Below are positions 49,458 to 58,618 of a DNA stretch of 64,000 bases, piece by piece. The notes under the pieces were generated by a model, which saw only the letters and a program-made list of their open reading frames with translations, did not search any database and was not told where the DNA came from. Source of the DNA: Burkholderiales bacterium (GTDB lineage: Bacteria; Pseudomonadota; Gammaproteobacteria; Burkholderiales; SG8-39); contig DASPWT010000112.1 in NCBI GenBank assembly GCA_035637655.1, positions 176 through 64,175 of the forward strand. Reading direction: 5' to 3'. The position numbers were made by a program, and so were the translations under genes. The first letter of the stretch is position 1; each line of letters begins with the position of its first letter.

Positions 49458-50166
49458 GGTTTGGGCGCGCTGGAGGCAAGGCGCGGCATTCTATAACACT
49501 CCGGTGACGAAGTCGAAACTGCAATCGGGATACGATCCCGCCTGCCGCGCCTGCCCGCGCCTCGCCGGATATCTCGACCAAGTCAGGCAGGAGCACCCCG
49601 ATTACCACGCGCGCCCCGTCGCGCCCTTCGGTCCGAAACGCGCGGCCCTGCTGGTGGTGGGCCTCGCTCCAGGACTCCATGGGGCGAACCGCACCGGCCG
49701 GCCTTTCACCGGGGACCATGCCGGCATCCTGCTTTACAGGACCTTGCATCGATACGGCTTCGCCAGCCACGAGGGCTCGTCCGATCCGGGAGACGGACTC
49801 GAGCTCATCGGTTGCCGCGTCACCAACGCGGTGAAGTGCCTTCCTCCTCGGAACAAGCCGCAGCCCGACGAAATACGGCGCTGCAATCGTTACCTTGCCG
49901 TGGAGATCGCCGCGGTGCGGCCGCGGGCGATCCTCGCGCTCGGCGCGATCGCCCACCGGGCGGTGTTGATGGTTTTCAATCTCGCCCCGGGGCGGTATCG
50001 CTTCGCGCACCGCGCCGTTCACGAGCTTTCCGCGGCCTCGTCGATGACCCGGCTCTTCGATAGCTATCACTGCAGCCGCTATAATACGCAGACGAAGCGG
50101 CTCACCGCACCGATGTTCGAAGCGGTGGTTCGCGATATCGCGACTTTCCTCCGCGGCCCCACATGA
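49456..50166 (+). CDS. Uracil-DNA glycosylase superfamily protein, family-5 (UdgB)-like
   Basis: Contains GLAPGLHGANRTGRPFTGD, NAVKCLPP and SYHCSRYN. The start is uncertain: TTG 49450, ATG 49456 or a downstream GTG. The 5' end overlaps the divergent efp start. Confidence 0.7.
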   Translation: MVWARWRQGAAFYNTPVTKSKLQSGYDPACRACPRLAGYLDQVRQEHPDYHARPVAPFGPKRAALLVVGLAPGLHGANRTGRPFTGDHAGILLYRTLHRYGFASHEGSSDPGDGLELIGCRVTNAVKCLPPRNKPQPDEIRRCNRYLAVEIAAVRPRAILALGAIAHRAVLMVFNLAPGRYRFAHRAVHELSAASSMTRLFDSYHCSRYNTQTKRLTAPMFEAVVRDIATFLRGPT

Positions 50167-52016
50167 CTTCCCGAAGCACAGCGCTCCGACCCGCAGAGGG
50201 CACGCCGGTGAGGGCAGCTTTCGACGCGCAGGCACTGCTCGCCAGCTTGCCGGGTCTGCCGGGCGTGTACCGCATGGTCGGCGCGGGAGGGGAGGCGCTC
50301 TACGTCGGCAAGGCGGGCGACCTGAAAAAGCGCGTCTCGTCCTATTTCCAGAAAACGCAGCACGGCCCGCGCATCGCCATGATGCTGACGCAGGTCGCGG
50401 CGGTCGAGATCACGGTCACCCGCTCCGAAGGGGAGGCGCTGATACTCGAGAACAATCTCATCAAGTCGCTCGCGCCGCGCTACAACATCCTGTTCCGCGA
50501 CGACAAGTCCTATCCCTACCTGATGGTGAGCGGAGGGGATTTTCCGAGGCTCGGCTTTCATCGCGGGGCGATGGACAAGGCCCATCACTACTTCGGTCCG
50601 TTTCCGCACGCGGGCGCCGTGCGCGAGAGCATCCAGCTGCTGCAAAGGGTGTTTCGGCTGCGCACCTGTGAAGACTCGGTCTTCCAGAACCGCTCGCGGC
50701 CCTGCCTTCTCTACCAGATCCGACGCTGCACCGCGCCCTGCGTGGGCCACATCGCCGCGGCCGCTTACGCGGAAGACGTCAAGAGCGCGCAGCTCTACCT
50801 CGAGGGCCGCAGCGACACCGCCCTCAAGCGGCTCGAGGTCCGCATGCAGCAGGCCGCCGACGCGCGGCGCTACGAGGAGGCGGCGATCTACCGCGACCAG
50901 ATCCAGTCCCTCGCCAAAGTCAGCCAGCGCCAGTACGCCGATACCGGCGCGGACGTCGATGTCGATATCATCGCGGTCGCCATGGAGCACGGCCTCGCCT
51001 GCGTCAACCTGATGATGGTGCGCGGCGGCAGGCAGCTCGGGGACCGCAGCCTCTTTCCTCAGAATGCCGAGGAGCGCGACGCAAGGGAAGTGCTCGCGGC
51101 GTTCATCGCGCAGCATTATCTGGAGCGGCCGATACCGGGAGCGCTGGTCGTCGGCGAAGAGCTCGAGGTCGAAGAGCTCGAGGCCACGCTCACCGAACAC
51201 GCGAAACGCAGCGTGCGTATCTGTACGCGTCCAACGGCCGCGCGCCGCGCCTGGCTCGAGACGGCCCGGCAAAACGCGCTTCAGGCCCTCAAGTCGAAGC
51301 TCAGCGAGCACAGTACCCAGGGAACGCGGCTCGCAGCGCTGCGCGAGGCGCTCGGTGCGCCCGACACCGCGCAGCGCATCGAATGCTTCGACGTGAGCCA
51401 CACCATGGGCGAGGCCACGGTGGCGGCCTGTGTGGTATACGATCGCATGGACATGCGCCGGGGCGAGTACCGCCGCTACAACATCGAGGGCTTGGCGCCG
51501 GGCGACGACTACGGCGCCCTGGCGCAGGCGCTTTCGCGCCGCTACGCCAAGATAGCGGGCGGGGAAGGCGTCGCACCCGACCTGATTTTCATCGACGGCG
51601 GCAAGGGACAGGTGAACGCGGCGAGAGAAGCGCTCGCAGAGCTCGGTCTCTCCGATATTGCGCTGGTGGGCATTGCCAAGGGACCGGAGAGAAAGCCCGG
51701 GCTCGAAGAGCTGTGGGTCGGCGAGCGCGTGGTAAGGCTTCCGCCCGATCACGCCGGACTGCACCTGATCCAGCGGATTCGCGATGAAGCACACCGCTTC
51801 GCCATCGCCGGGCACCGGGCGCGACGCTCCAGGCGTCGCACCACCTCGACGCTGGAGGACATCGCAGGGATCGGCGCCAAACGCCGCAAACAGCTGCTCA
51901 CGCGCTTCGGCGGGCTGAAGGGCGTCATGGGCGCGAGCGTCGAGGACCTGACGCAGGTCGAGGGAATCAGCCGCAAGCTCGCCGAAAAAATCTACCAGGA
52001 ACTCCATGCCGCTTAA
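50163..52016 (+). CDS. uvrC: Excinuclease ABC subunit C
   Basis: ATGA coupling to the UDG gene. The GIY-YIG motif is GVYRM...ALYVGKAGDLKKRVSSYF. It has a UVR domain and a C-terminal HhH. Confidence 0.95.
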   Translation: MTSRSTALRPAEGTPVRAAFDAQALLASLPGLPGVYRMVGAGGEALYVGKAGDLKKRVSSYFQKTQHGPRIAMMLTQVAAVEITVTRSEGEALILENNLIKSLAPRYNILFRDDKSYPYLMVSGGDFPRLGFHRGAMDKAHHYFGPFPHAGAVRESIQLLQRVFRLRTCEDSVFQNRSRPCLLYQIRRCTAPCVGHIAAAAYAEDVKSAQLYLEGRSDTALKRLEVRMQQAADARRYEEAAIYRDQIQSLAKVSQRQYADTGADVDVDIIAVAMEHGLACVNLMMVRGGRQLGDRSLFPQNAEERDAREVLAAFIAQHYLERPIPGALVVGEELEVEELEATLTEHAKRSVRICTRPTAARRAWLETARQNALQALKSKLSEHSTQGTRLAALREALGAPDTAQRIECFDVSHTMGEATVAACVVYDRMDMRRGEYRRYNIEGLAPGDDYGALAQALSRRYAKIAGGEGVAPDLIFIDGGKGQVNAAREALAELGLSDIALVGIAKGPERKPGLEELWVGERVVRLPPDHAGLHLIQRIRDEAHRFAIAGHRARRSRRRTTSTLEDIAGIGAKRRKQLLTRFGGLKGVMGASVEDLTQVEGISRKLAEKIYQELHAA

Positions 52017-52608
52017 CGTTCCGATCCTTCTCACGTGGCTGCGCATCCTGACCATCCCGCTGGTGATCGGGGTGTTCTATGTCCCCGAGCTGTGGCTCTC
52101 GAGCCGGCACCAGAACCTGATTGCGACCGCGTTGTTCATCGCGGCCGCGATCACCGACTGGCTCGATGGCTACCTCGCGAGGCGCTTGAACCAGACGTCG
52201 GCGTTCGGCGCGTTCCTCGACCCGGTCGCCGACAAGCTGATGATCGCCGCAGCGCTGATCGTACTGGTCTGGCTTCAGCGCGTAGACGCGATCATCGCCG
52301 TAGTCATCATCGGCCGGGAGATCGCCGTTTCGGCGCTGCGCGAATGGATGGCGAAGAGCGGCCAGTCGAAAAGCGTCGCGGTGAATTTCCTCGGCAAGAT
52401 AAAAACGATTTCGCAGATGATCGCCGTGCCGATGCTGCTCTACAACGAGCGGATCGGCGTGCTCAGCCCGCAGCGCGTCGGCACCTGGCTCATCTATCTC
52501 GCTGCGATACTGACTCTGGTGTCGATGTTCTACTACCTCAAGCTCGCGCTTGCACCGCGCGCGGCAGGAGACCGCCGCCGGCTTGACCGCAGGGAGATCG
52601 GTCCGTAG
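52006..52608 (+). CDS. pgsA: CDP-diacylglycerol-glycerol-3-phosphate 3-phosphatidyltransferase
   Basis: Contains DWLDGYLARRLNQTSAFGAFLDPVADKL. Confidence 0.9.
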   Translation: MPLNVPILLTWLRILTIPLVIGVFYVPELWLSSRHQNLIATALFIAAAITDWLDGYLARRLNQTSAFGAFLDPVADKLMIAAALIVLVWLQRVDAIIAVVIIGREIAVSALREWMAKSGQSKSVAVNFLGKIKTISQMIAVPMLLYNERIGVLSPQRVGTWLIYLAAILTLVSMFYYLKLALAPRAAGDRRRLDRREIGP

Positions 52609-52625
52609 AATTTCCGCCTGCTCTC

Positions 52626-52701
52626 GCGGGAGTAGCTCAGTTGGTAGAGCGTAACCTTGCCAAGGTTAAGGTCGCGAGTTCGAGACTCGTCTCCCGCTCC
52701 A
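52626..52701 (+). tRNA. tRNA-Gly (GCC)
   Basis: gcgggagtagctcagttggtagagcgtaaccttGCCaaggttaaggtcgcgagttcgagactcgtctcccgctcca forms a full cloverleaf with an encoded CCA. Confidence 0.9.
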
Positions 52702-52760
52702 GAATCCTGAAGGAACAGCCGGTTCTCGAAGCCCCTCGCTGTTCCTGGCCTCAAGCATGC

Positions 52761-52834
52761 GGCGGGGTGGCAGAGTGGTCATGCAGCGGCCTGCAAAGCC
52801 GTGGACGCCGGTTCGATTCCGACCCCCGCCTCCA
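52761..52834 (+). tRNA. tRNA-Cys (GCA)
   Basis: ggcggggtggcagagtggtcatgcagcggcctGCAaagccgtggacgccggttcgattccgacccccgcctcca has a 7-bp acceptor, one C-A mismatch in the T stem and an encoded CCA. Confidence 0.85.
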
Positions 52835-52889
52835 GCCGGACTGGAGGGCACCCGCTCCCAGTTTCTTTCTGACACAATCCCCGCCTAGA

Positions 52890-52980
52890 GCCCGGGTGGT
52901 GAAACTGGTAGACACAAGGGACTTAAAATCCCTCGACGGATAATTCCGTCATGCAGGTTCGACCCCTGCCCCGGGCACCA
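52890..52980 (+). tRNA. tRNA-Leu (TAA), long variable arm
   Basis: gcccgggtggtgaaactggtagacacaagggactTAAaatccct, then the variable stem gacgga/tccgtc, the T arm gcaggttcgacccctgc, the acceptor and CCA. Confidence 0.85.
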
Positions 52981-53042
52981 TCGGAGTAATATGGTTTCGT
53001 GGCATTCGCTCTCCATTTTCCTCCGGGACGTTCGCTCTCGCC

Positions 53043-53609
53043 ATGACTGAAAACTGGGTCGACTTCGCTTTGAACGTGATCGGGGGGGCGGCGGCTTTTC
53101 TATGTCTGTTCGACGGCACGCGGCGGCTGAGCGCGTACGGCGTGCATGGCAAGGCGGTGCTGATGACGGTATTGGCGGCGGCCATCTGCGCGCTCTACGG
53201 CGGGTTCGCGTACTGGAAATACGTCGACCTAGCGACGTTGAGCATGAATCAACGAAAGCCCTCGGCTACGCAACTGCCCGCGAACTGGGGTGGAGGACTT
53301 TCGCCGGAGAGAAAGGAAGCCGTGAGCCTGGCGCGAGCGCGTCAGACCTTCATGGGGTCCGGGACGCTAGCAAGCTATGTCGATCGCGGCGGCGAAACCA
53401 GGACCTATGCTCCGACCCAGGAAGATCTCCTGCGACGCGAGCGCGTGCTGGCCTATTACTCCCGGGCGGAATACGCGGCTCGCAGCAGCCTCGTGGAGGC
53501 CCTGCTCTGGTTGATCATGGGCGTGCTCGCAATACTCTTCGGATTCGCCATGTCGTTCGAGAAATTGCCGGCGCCGGCGGGCCCAACGGCGGAGCCCGGC
53601 GACGCGTAG
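53043..53609 (+). CDS. Hypothetical membrane protein
   Basis: A 188-aa ORF with two N-terminal and one C-terminal hydrophobic helices. No family was recognised. Confidence 0.45.
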   Translation: MTENWVDFALNVIGGAAAFLCLFDGTRRLSAYGVHGKAVLMTVLAAAICALYGGFAYWKYVDLATLSMNQRKPSATQLPANWGGGLSPERKEAVSLARARQTFMGSGTLASYVDRGGETRTYAPTQEDLLRRERVLAYYSRAEYAARSSLVEALLWLIMGVLAILFGFAMSFEKLPAPAGPTAEPGDA

Positions 53610-53621
53610 TCTCCGACGGCG

Positions 53622-54017
53622 ATGCCGCTGCTGTCCAGCCTCAAGCAACGCGCGCGCCACCTCAAGAGCGAGACTCTCGCCCTTTGGTTCGCCGCGCGCC
53701 ATCCCGGCACGCCGTGGTACGCGAAGCTTCTGGTCGCGGGAATCGTAGCGTATGCGCTGAGCCCCATCGACCTCATCCCGGACTTCGTGCCGGTCCTGGG
53801 ATATCTTGACGATCTCATACTGATCCCGCTGGGGATCGTCCTTGCGGTCAGGATGATTCCGGCTCCGATTCTGGAGGAGTGCAGGGCGCGGGCGCAGGAG
53901 ACGATGGCGAGCGCTCGGCCGGTGAGCCGCGTTGCAGCGCTGGTCATCGTCGGGGTCTGGCTGGCCGCGGCGGCGCTCGCCGCGGTGTGGGCCTATCGGA
54001 CCTGGTTCAGCCCTTGA
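53622..54017 (+). CDS. DUF1232 (YkvA-family) membrane protein
   Basis: Contains AYALSPIDLIPDFVPVLGYLDDL. Confidence 0.7.
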   Translation: MPLLSSLKQRARHLKSETLALWFAARHPGTPWYAKLLVAGIVAYALSPIDLIPDFVPVLGYLDDLILIPLGIVLAVRMIPAPILEECRARAQETMASARPVSRVAALVIVGVWLAAAALAAVWAYRTWFSP

Positions 54018-54080
54018 AACAATGGATTGGCGTGCCGACATCAGCGAGGCGCGGTAGAATGTTTGCGAAGGAACGTGAAC

Positions 54081-54509
54081 GTGATCGTATTTGAGCTGAT
54101 TTGCGCGGATCGTCACCGGTTCGAGGGCTGGTTCGCTTCGGCGGGTGACTTCGAGGGCCAGAAAGCCCGCGGCCTGCTCTCGTGCCCGGTTTGCAGCGAT
54201 TCCAGCATCGAAAAGCTGCTCACGGCAAAAATCGGCAGACTGGAGGCCGAGCCGTCGCGGGAGAACGCGCAGCCGCCTGTCGCGCCGGTCGCGCGTTCGC
54301 GCAACCTCCACGAAGCCATCGACTACATCCTGCTCAACACCGAGAACGTGGGAGAGGATTTTCCCGCCGAGGCGCGGCGTATCCATCACAGGGAAGTCCC
54401 GCAGCGAAATATCCGCGGCGTGGCGACCGGCGAGCAGACGCGCGACCTCCTGGAAGAGGGCATTGCGGTGATGCCGCTGCCGATCCCGCCTCGCAAGGAC
54501 TGGCACTGA
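54081..54509 (+). CDS. DUF1178-family protein
   Basis: GTG at 54081 follows GAAGGAA. VIVFELICADRHRFEGWF plus a later CPVC form a zinc-ribbon-like pair. The ORF-track start at 54027 is not supported. Confidence 0.6.
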   Translation: MIVFELICADRHRFEGWFASAGDFEGQKARGLLSCPVCSDSSIEKLLTAKIGRLEAEPSRENAQPPVAPVARSRNLHEAIDYILLNTENVGEDFPAEARRIHHREVPQRNIRGVATGEQTRDLLEEGIAVMPLPIPPRKDWH

Positions 54510-54544
54510 TTTCTGCTCCCGCGATTCCGCGGGAGTCATGCCGG

Positions 54545-57500
54545 TCAGACCAAAGTCCGTTGCTTGCGCAGCTCCGGCATGCAGTGCCGTATCCACTGCG
54601 CGGTGATCTTTTCCTGCAGCGAATTTTGCTTGAGGCGCTCCGAGAGAGCGCCGAAATCCACGCTGTCGAGCTCCTGGTCCTGATTGAAACAGGAGAAGAC
54701 GTAGGTCGTCTTTCCTGTCCGCGGGTCGCGCTGCGGCTGCAGGCACTGGGCGCAGATTTCCTTGAGCATGCACTGCATCGGCGAATTGATCGAGCCGATC
54801 GCGAGGTGATGCGGCTTGAGATAGTCCCTGAGGACGTCGTGGCGCGCGCGCGCGACCGCCGCCATCATGCGATCGGAGCCTATGGCGATGAGCCGGTCGG
54901 CGTCCTCCATGCGGATCGAGGGAAGCCCGAGCCTCCCCTGCGCGTAGGCGTCCATCGCCTGGACGATGTTTCCGACGAAGCGTCTGTCTTGCGGACGCGC
55001 TTTTGCGTTTTCCAGCCTGAATCCCGGCTCCTCATCGCAGCACCACACGACCACGTCTGCGGCGCTTTCGATTTCGGCTACTTTGTAGCGGTCGATGACT
55101 TTCTTGTAGCCGGCAAAATAGAGCACTTTCGACCCTCGAGCCCGGAACGCCGCGCCGATCGAAAACAGGACCGCGTTGCCCAGGCCCCCGCCCACGAGGA
55201 TCACCGTTTCATTCGCCGCGATGTGCGTCGGGTTGCCCGTGGGGCCCATGAGGATCACGGGCTCCCCGGGTTGGAGCATCGCGCACAGATCTGATGAACC
55301 GCCCATCTCGAGCACGATGGTGGAGACGAGGCCACGGTCCCGGTCCACCCAGGCACCGGTCATCGCGAGCCCTTCCATCTGAAGGCGGGTCGTCGTGGCG
55401 GCGTTCGTCACGACGGGAGAGAGGGTCTCGAAATTCTGCAGCCGGTAGAACTGGCCGGGCCGGAACTTGCGCGCAGCGAGCGGGGCATTTACCACCACTT
55501 CGACGATGGCGGGCGTGAGCCGCTCGACCTTGTGCACGGTCGCGAGCAGCTGGCCGGCGAGCGAAGCGAAGAACGCGGCCGGCGCACTCCGCGACCGCGG
55601 CGGGGTTTTTGCCAGCGCGCGCGACACGACCGGGTAGCCCTGGCGCGCCGAACCGAGCGCCTTGACGACGTTGCCGAAGTAGGAGGGATGCAGATCGCCG
55701 AAGAAGCTGACGAAGCGCCCGTCGGGAAAGCGCGAAAGCAGCACGTCGGCGCGCTCGGGCTTGGAAATCGCGCGCTGCGGGCTCAACGGCCGTCCGTCCT
55801 CGTCGCAGGCCCGGAAATATCTTCCGTCGAGCTGGAAGTGCGCCGCGTCCTCGCGGGCGAGCACCGTGTTCGGCTGGGTCCCCGCGGCGACGAACACGGT
55901 GTGCGCGGGCAGCCAGTGCTCGGCCGATTCGCCGCCGAGACCGCTTTCCCGGGCGAAGCGCATGCCGCGCGCGGCGCCGTAATTGTCCACGTCCACCGCC
56001 ACCGGCGACAGGCTTTCGCAGAAAGCGACCCCTTCCTCGAGCGCCTTCTCGACCTCCTCGTGATTGAGCGTGTAGGAAGGGCTGTCGATCAGCCGGCGCC
56101 GGTAGGCGATGGTGACGCCGCCCCAGTGCCGGAGGAGCTCGACGACGCGCGCGGCGCGGCCTTCGCGCGCGGCAAAGGCCCGTTCCTCGCGGATCGCGCG
56201 CGCATGCGCGAGGAACTCCTCGGCGATCTCGCGTTCCTGGTCGTCCCATTTCTGGCGCACCGCATCCTCGCCCGTCTCCGCGACGAGCGCCTCGTAGCGC
56301 AACAGGAACTTCTCCACCTGCACCGGATAGTAGGCGAGCGATTCGGTCGCGGTGTCGATCGCGGTCAAGCCGCCGCCGACCACCACCACGGGCAGGCGCA
56401 GCTGCATGTTGGCGATGGAGTCCGTCTTGGCCGCGCCCGTGAGCTGCAGCGCCATCAGGAAGTCGGAGGCGGCGCGCACGCCGCGCGCGAGCCCGTTCGG
56501 GATGTCGAGCACCGTGGGCTTGCCCGCGCCCATGCAAAGGGCCACGTGGTCGAAGCCGAGCTCGAACGCGTCCTCGACGCTGACCGTGCCGCCGAAGCGC
56601 ACGCCCCCGTACATCGCGAACTGCGCGCGCCGCTCGAGCAGGAGGCGCACGAGCTTGAGGAAATTCTTGTCCCAGCGCACGGTGATGCCGTACTCGGCGA
56701 CGCCTCCGAATCCCGCCATGACGCGGTCGTCGAGGCCCTCATAGAGCGCTTGCACGTCCCGGATCGGCTCGACGGGCACGCGGCTCCCGCCGGCATCGAT
56801 CCCGGAGAAGCGGGCCGGCAGCGGCTCGATCTTCAGGCCGTCGATGCCGGCCACCGCGTGCCCTTCGTTCATGAGGTAATGGGCGAGGGTGAACCCCGCG
56901 GGCCCCATGCCGGCAATGAGCACCTTGTAGCCGGTCGCCGGTTGGGGCAGCGGCCGGCGGAAATTGAGTGGGTTCCAGCGCGTGAGCAGCGAGTAGATCT
57001 CGAAGCCCCAGGGCAGCTCGAGGACGTCTTTCAGGGTGCGCGTCTCGATCTGCGGTATGTTGACGGGCTCCTGCTTCTGGTAGATGCAGGCTTTCATGCA
57101 GTCGTTGCAGATGCGGTGCCCGGTCGCCGCCACCATGGGATTGTCGATGACGATCACGGCGAGCGCCGAGAGCGCGTTGCCCTGCGCCTTGAGCGTGTGG
57201 AACTCGGAGATCTTTTCTTCCAGCGGGCAACCGGCGAGTGTCACGCCGAACGGGCTCTTCTTGAACGCCACCTTGTCCGGTGTCTCCGCGGGCGGTTTCT
57301 CCCGGAGACCCTTGGAGCAGGAATCCTTGCCCTGGGTGTGGCACCAGATGCAGTAGTTGGCCTGGTCGAGCGCGCCGACGAGGTCGGTACCCGGGTCGGT
57401 GAGAGCGAAGCCCTTGCGCCTGCGGATGTGCTCGGGGCGGATTGTGTAGGCGACGACGCCATCCCGGTCGCTCTTTTGCGCGTGCACGAGGAGGTTGTGC

Positions 57501-58075
57501 GGATCGATCTTGGCCGGCGCCTTAAAAAGCACTCCTGCCTTCACGTGTTCGCGGCCGGCGGGGGTGTGCAGCGCCCAGGCTGCGTATTTCATCGCGGTAT
57601 CGAGTTGCGCGGCGTGCCCGGCCTCATGGGCGAGCCAGTGGGTGACTTTTTTCGCGAACGTCAGCTCGTCGAAGCGCGCGTCCAGGTGATTTTCTTTCAG
57701 CTCGGCCTCGAGCGCGGGTCCGTCGAGATTGGCCGCCTCCTCGGGCTTCACCTTGTTCGCTGCGCGGCGCTGCACGAACTGGCGCTTGACCGCGTAGAGC
57801 GGGGCAAGCTCGTTGTGGCGGGCCGCCAGCATGCGGAACTCCGTTTCGATGCCGAACAGCTCGGCGAGAAAGTCGTCCAGATGCGGCGCGATCTCGAGGA
57901 TCAGCGCCGATTCTGCTTTCGAATCGAGACTGGGAGCCGCGCGCGCGGCCTCGAGCTGCGGTCTCAGCGCGGATTCCGCGGCGCCGAGATGGTCCAGGAA
58001 TGCGGCGTCGAGCCTGACTAGGCCGTCGCGCCCGTAGAGTTCCGCGAAGGACAGGTCGTGAGCAAGCTTGAGCAT
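54545..58075 (-). CDS. Large multidomain FAD/NAD(P)-dependent oxidoreductase (GltD-like domain fused to PyrK/ferredoxin-reductase-like domain)
   Basis: A 1176-aa protein. Cys clusters are CIWCHTQGKDSC and CNDCMKAC. Dinucleotide folds are VLIAGMGPAGF and VVVVGGGLTAIDTA. The C-terminal FNR-like part is RPGQFYRL, ILVGGGLG and C..CLQP...FSC. Confidence 0.7.
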   Translation of the reverse strand: MLKLAHDLSFAELYGRDGLVRLDAAFLDHLGAAESALRPQLEAARAAPSLDSKAESALILEIAPHLDDFLAELFGIETEFRMLAARHNELAPLYAVKRQFVQRRAANKVKPEEAANLDGPALEAELKENHLDARFDELTFAKKVTHWLAHEAGHAAQLDTAMKYAAWALHTPAGREHVKAGVLFKAPAKIDPHNLLVHAQKSDRDGVVAYTIRPEHIRRRKGFALTDPGTDLVGALDQANYCIWCHTQGKDSCSKGLREKPPAETPDKVAFKKSPFGVTLAGCPLEEKISEFHTLKAQGNALSALAVIVIDNPMVAATGHRICNDCMKACIYQKQEPVNIPQIETRTLKDVLELPWGFEIYSLLTRWNPLNFRRPLPQPATGYKVLIAGMGPAGFTLAHYLMNEGHAVAGIDGLKIEPLPARFSGIDAGGSRVPVEPIRDVQALYEGLDDRVMAGFGGVAEYGITVRWDKNFLKLVRLLLERRAQFAMYGGVRFGGTVSVEDAFELGFDHVALCMGAGKPTVLDIPNGLARGVRAASDFLMALQLTGAAKTDSIANMQLRLPVVVVGGGLTAIDTATESLAYYPVQVEKFLLRYEALVAETGEDAVRQKWDDQEREIAEEFLAHARAIREERAFAAREGRAARVVELLRHWGGVTIAYRRRLIDSPSYTLNHEEVEKALEEGVAFCESLSPVAVDVDNYGAARGMRFARESGLGGESAEHWLPAHTVFVAAGTQPNTVLAREDAAHFQLDGRYFRACDEDGRPLSPQRAISKPERADVLLSRFPDGRFVSFFGDLHPSYFGNVVKALGSARQGYPVVSRALAKTPPRSRSAPAAFFASLAGQLLATVHKVERLTPAIVEVVVNAPLAARKFRPGQFYRLQNFETLSPVVTNAATTTRLQMEGLAMTGAWVDRDRGLVSTIVLEMGGSSDLCAMLQPGEPVILMGPTGNPTHIAANETVILVGGGLGNAVLFSIGAAFRARGSKVLYFAGYKKVIDRYKVAEIESAADVVVWCCDEEPGFRLENAKARPQDRRFVGNIVQAMDAYAQGRLGLPSIRMEDADRLIAIGSDRMMAAVARARHDVLRDYLKPHHLAIGSINSPMQCMLKEICAQCLQPQRDPRTGKTTYVFSCFNQDQELDSVDFGALSERLKQNSLQEKITAQWIRHCMPELRKQRTLV

Positions 58076-58082
58076 CCCGCGC

Positions 58083-58406
58083 CTAGCGCTCCAGGAGCGG
58101 GAGCTTGTCCTTCACGTCCTTCCACTGGTCGGCGTCTTCGGGTCCGGGTTTGGCGTCCGTGATCACGGGCCAGATCTTGGCGAGCTCGGCGTTCAGCGCG
58201 GTGAATTTCTTCTGCTCCTCGGGCACGTCTTCCTCGGGCACGATCGCGTTCACCGGACACTCGGGGATGCAGACCGCGCAATCGATGCATTCGTCCGGGT
58301 CGATCACCAGCATGTTCGGCCCCTCGTGGAAGCAATCGACGGGGCAGACGTCGACGCAGTCGGTGTATTTGCACTTGATACAGCTTTCCATGACGACGTG
58401 GGTCAT
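58083..58406 (-). CDS. fdxA: 7Fe ferredoxin (Azotobacter FdxA type)
   Basis: Contains [18 protein letters not shown] and [12 protein letters not shown]. It ends 7 nt upstream of the large oxidoreductase. Confidence 0.9.
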   Translation of the reverse strand: MTHVVMESCIKCKYTDCVDVCPVDCFHEGPNMLVIDPDECIDCAVCIPECPVNAIVPEEDVPEEQKKFTALNAELAKIWPVITDAKPGPEDADQWKDVKDKLPLLER

Positions 58407-58568
58407 CGCGCAATCCTTTGCGTTGCAGGCCCGCCCGGAGGCGGCGCGAAAGGGAAAATTATAAGGCTTTCGTCACGCTGCTTGAAAGCGCGGACTGATG
58501 GTCATTGGTCATTTGCTTATATCCGGATCAAGGTTGCGATAGAATCCGTTTCCGCCGGCAGCGGCGGG

Positions 58569-58596
58569 GAACTTCAGCCGACCATTCCCGGTCTGT
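58569..58596 (+). promoter_or_regulatory. Sigma-E-type promoter candidate upstream of the ABC cassette
   Basis: GAACTT (58569-74), a 17-nt spacer, then TCTGT (58592-96). The RBS GGAGG is at 58609-13 and the GTG start at 58619. Confidence 0.4.
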
Positions 58597-58618
58597 GCAT
58601 GTGTTTTGGAGGGGCGCC

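Noticed and set aside
54516-54535. The hairpin ctcccgcg-attc-cgcgggag between the convergent DUF1178 and oxidoreductase genes, considered as an intrinsic terminator.
   Set aside because: The stem is real, but neither strand has a following U-tract, so I do not call it a rho-independent terminator.
55532-58021. An 829-aa plus-strand ORF opposite the large oxidoreductase. Similar long antisense ORFs occur at 1974-3512, 38297-39928, 46465-48285, 50079-52055 and 60048-61751.
   Set aside because: Each overlaps a gene with strong motif support on the other strand. Their translations are Arg/Ala/Gly/Asp-rich with no motifs, as expected from stop-codon depletion in GC-rich DNA.
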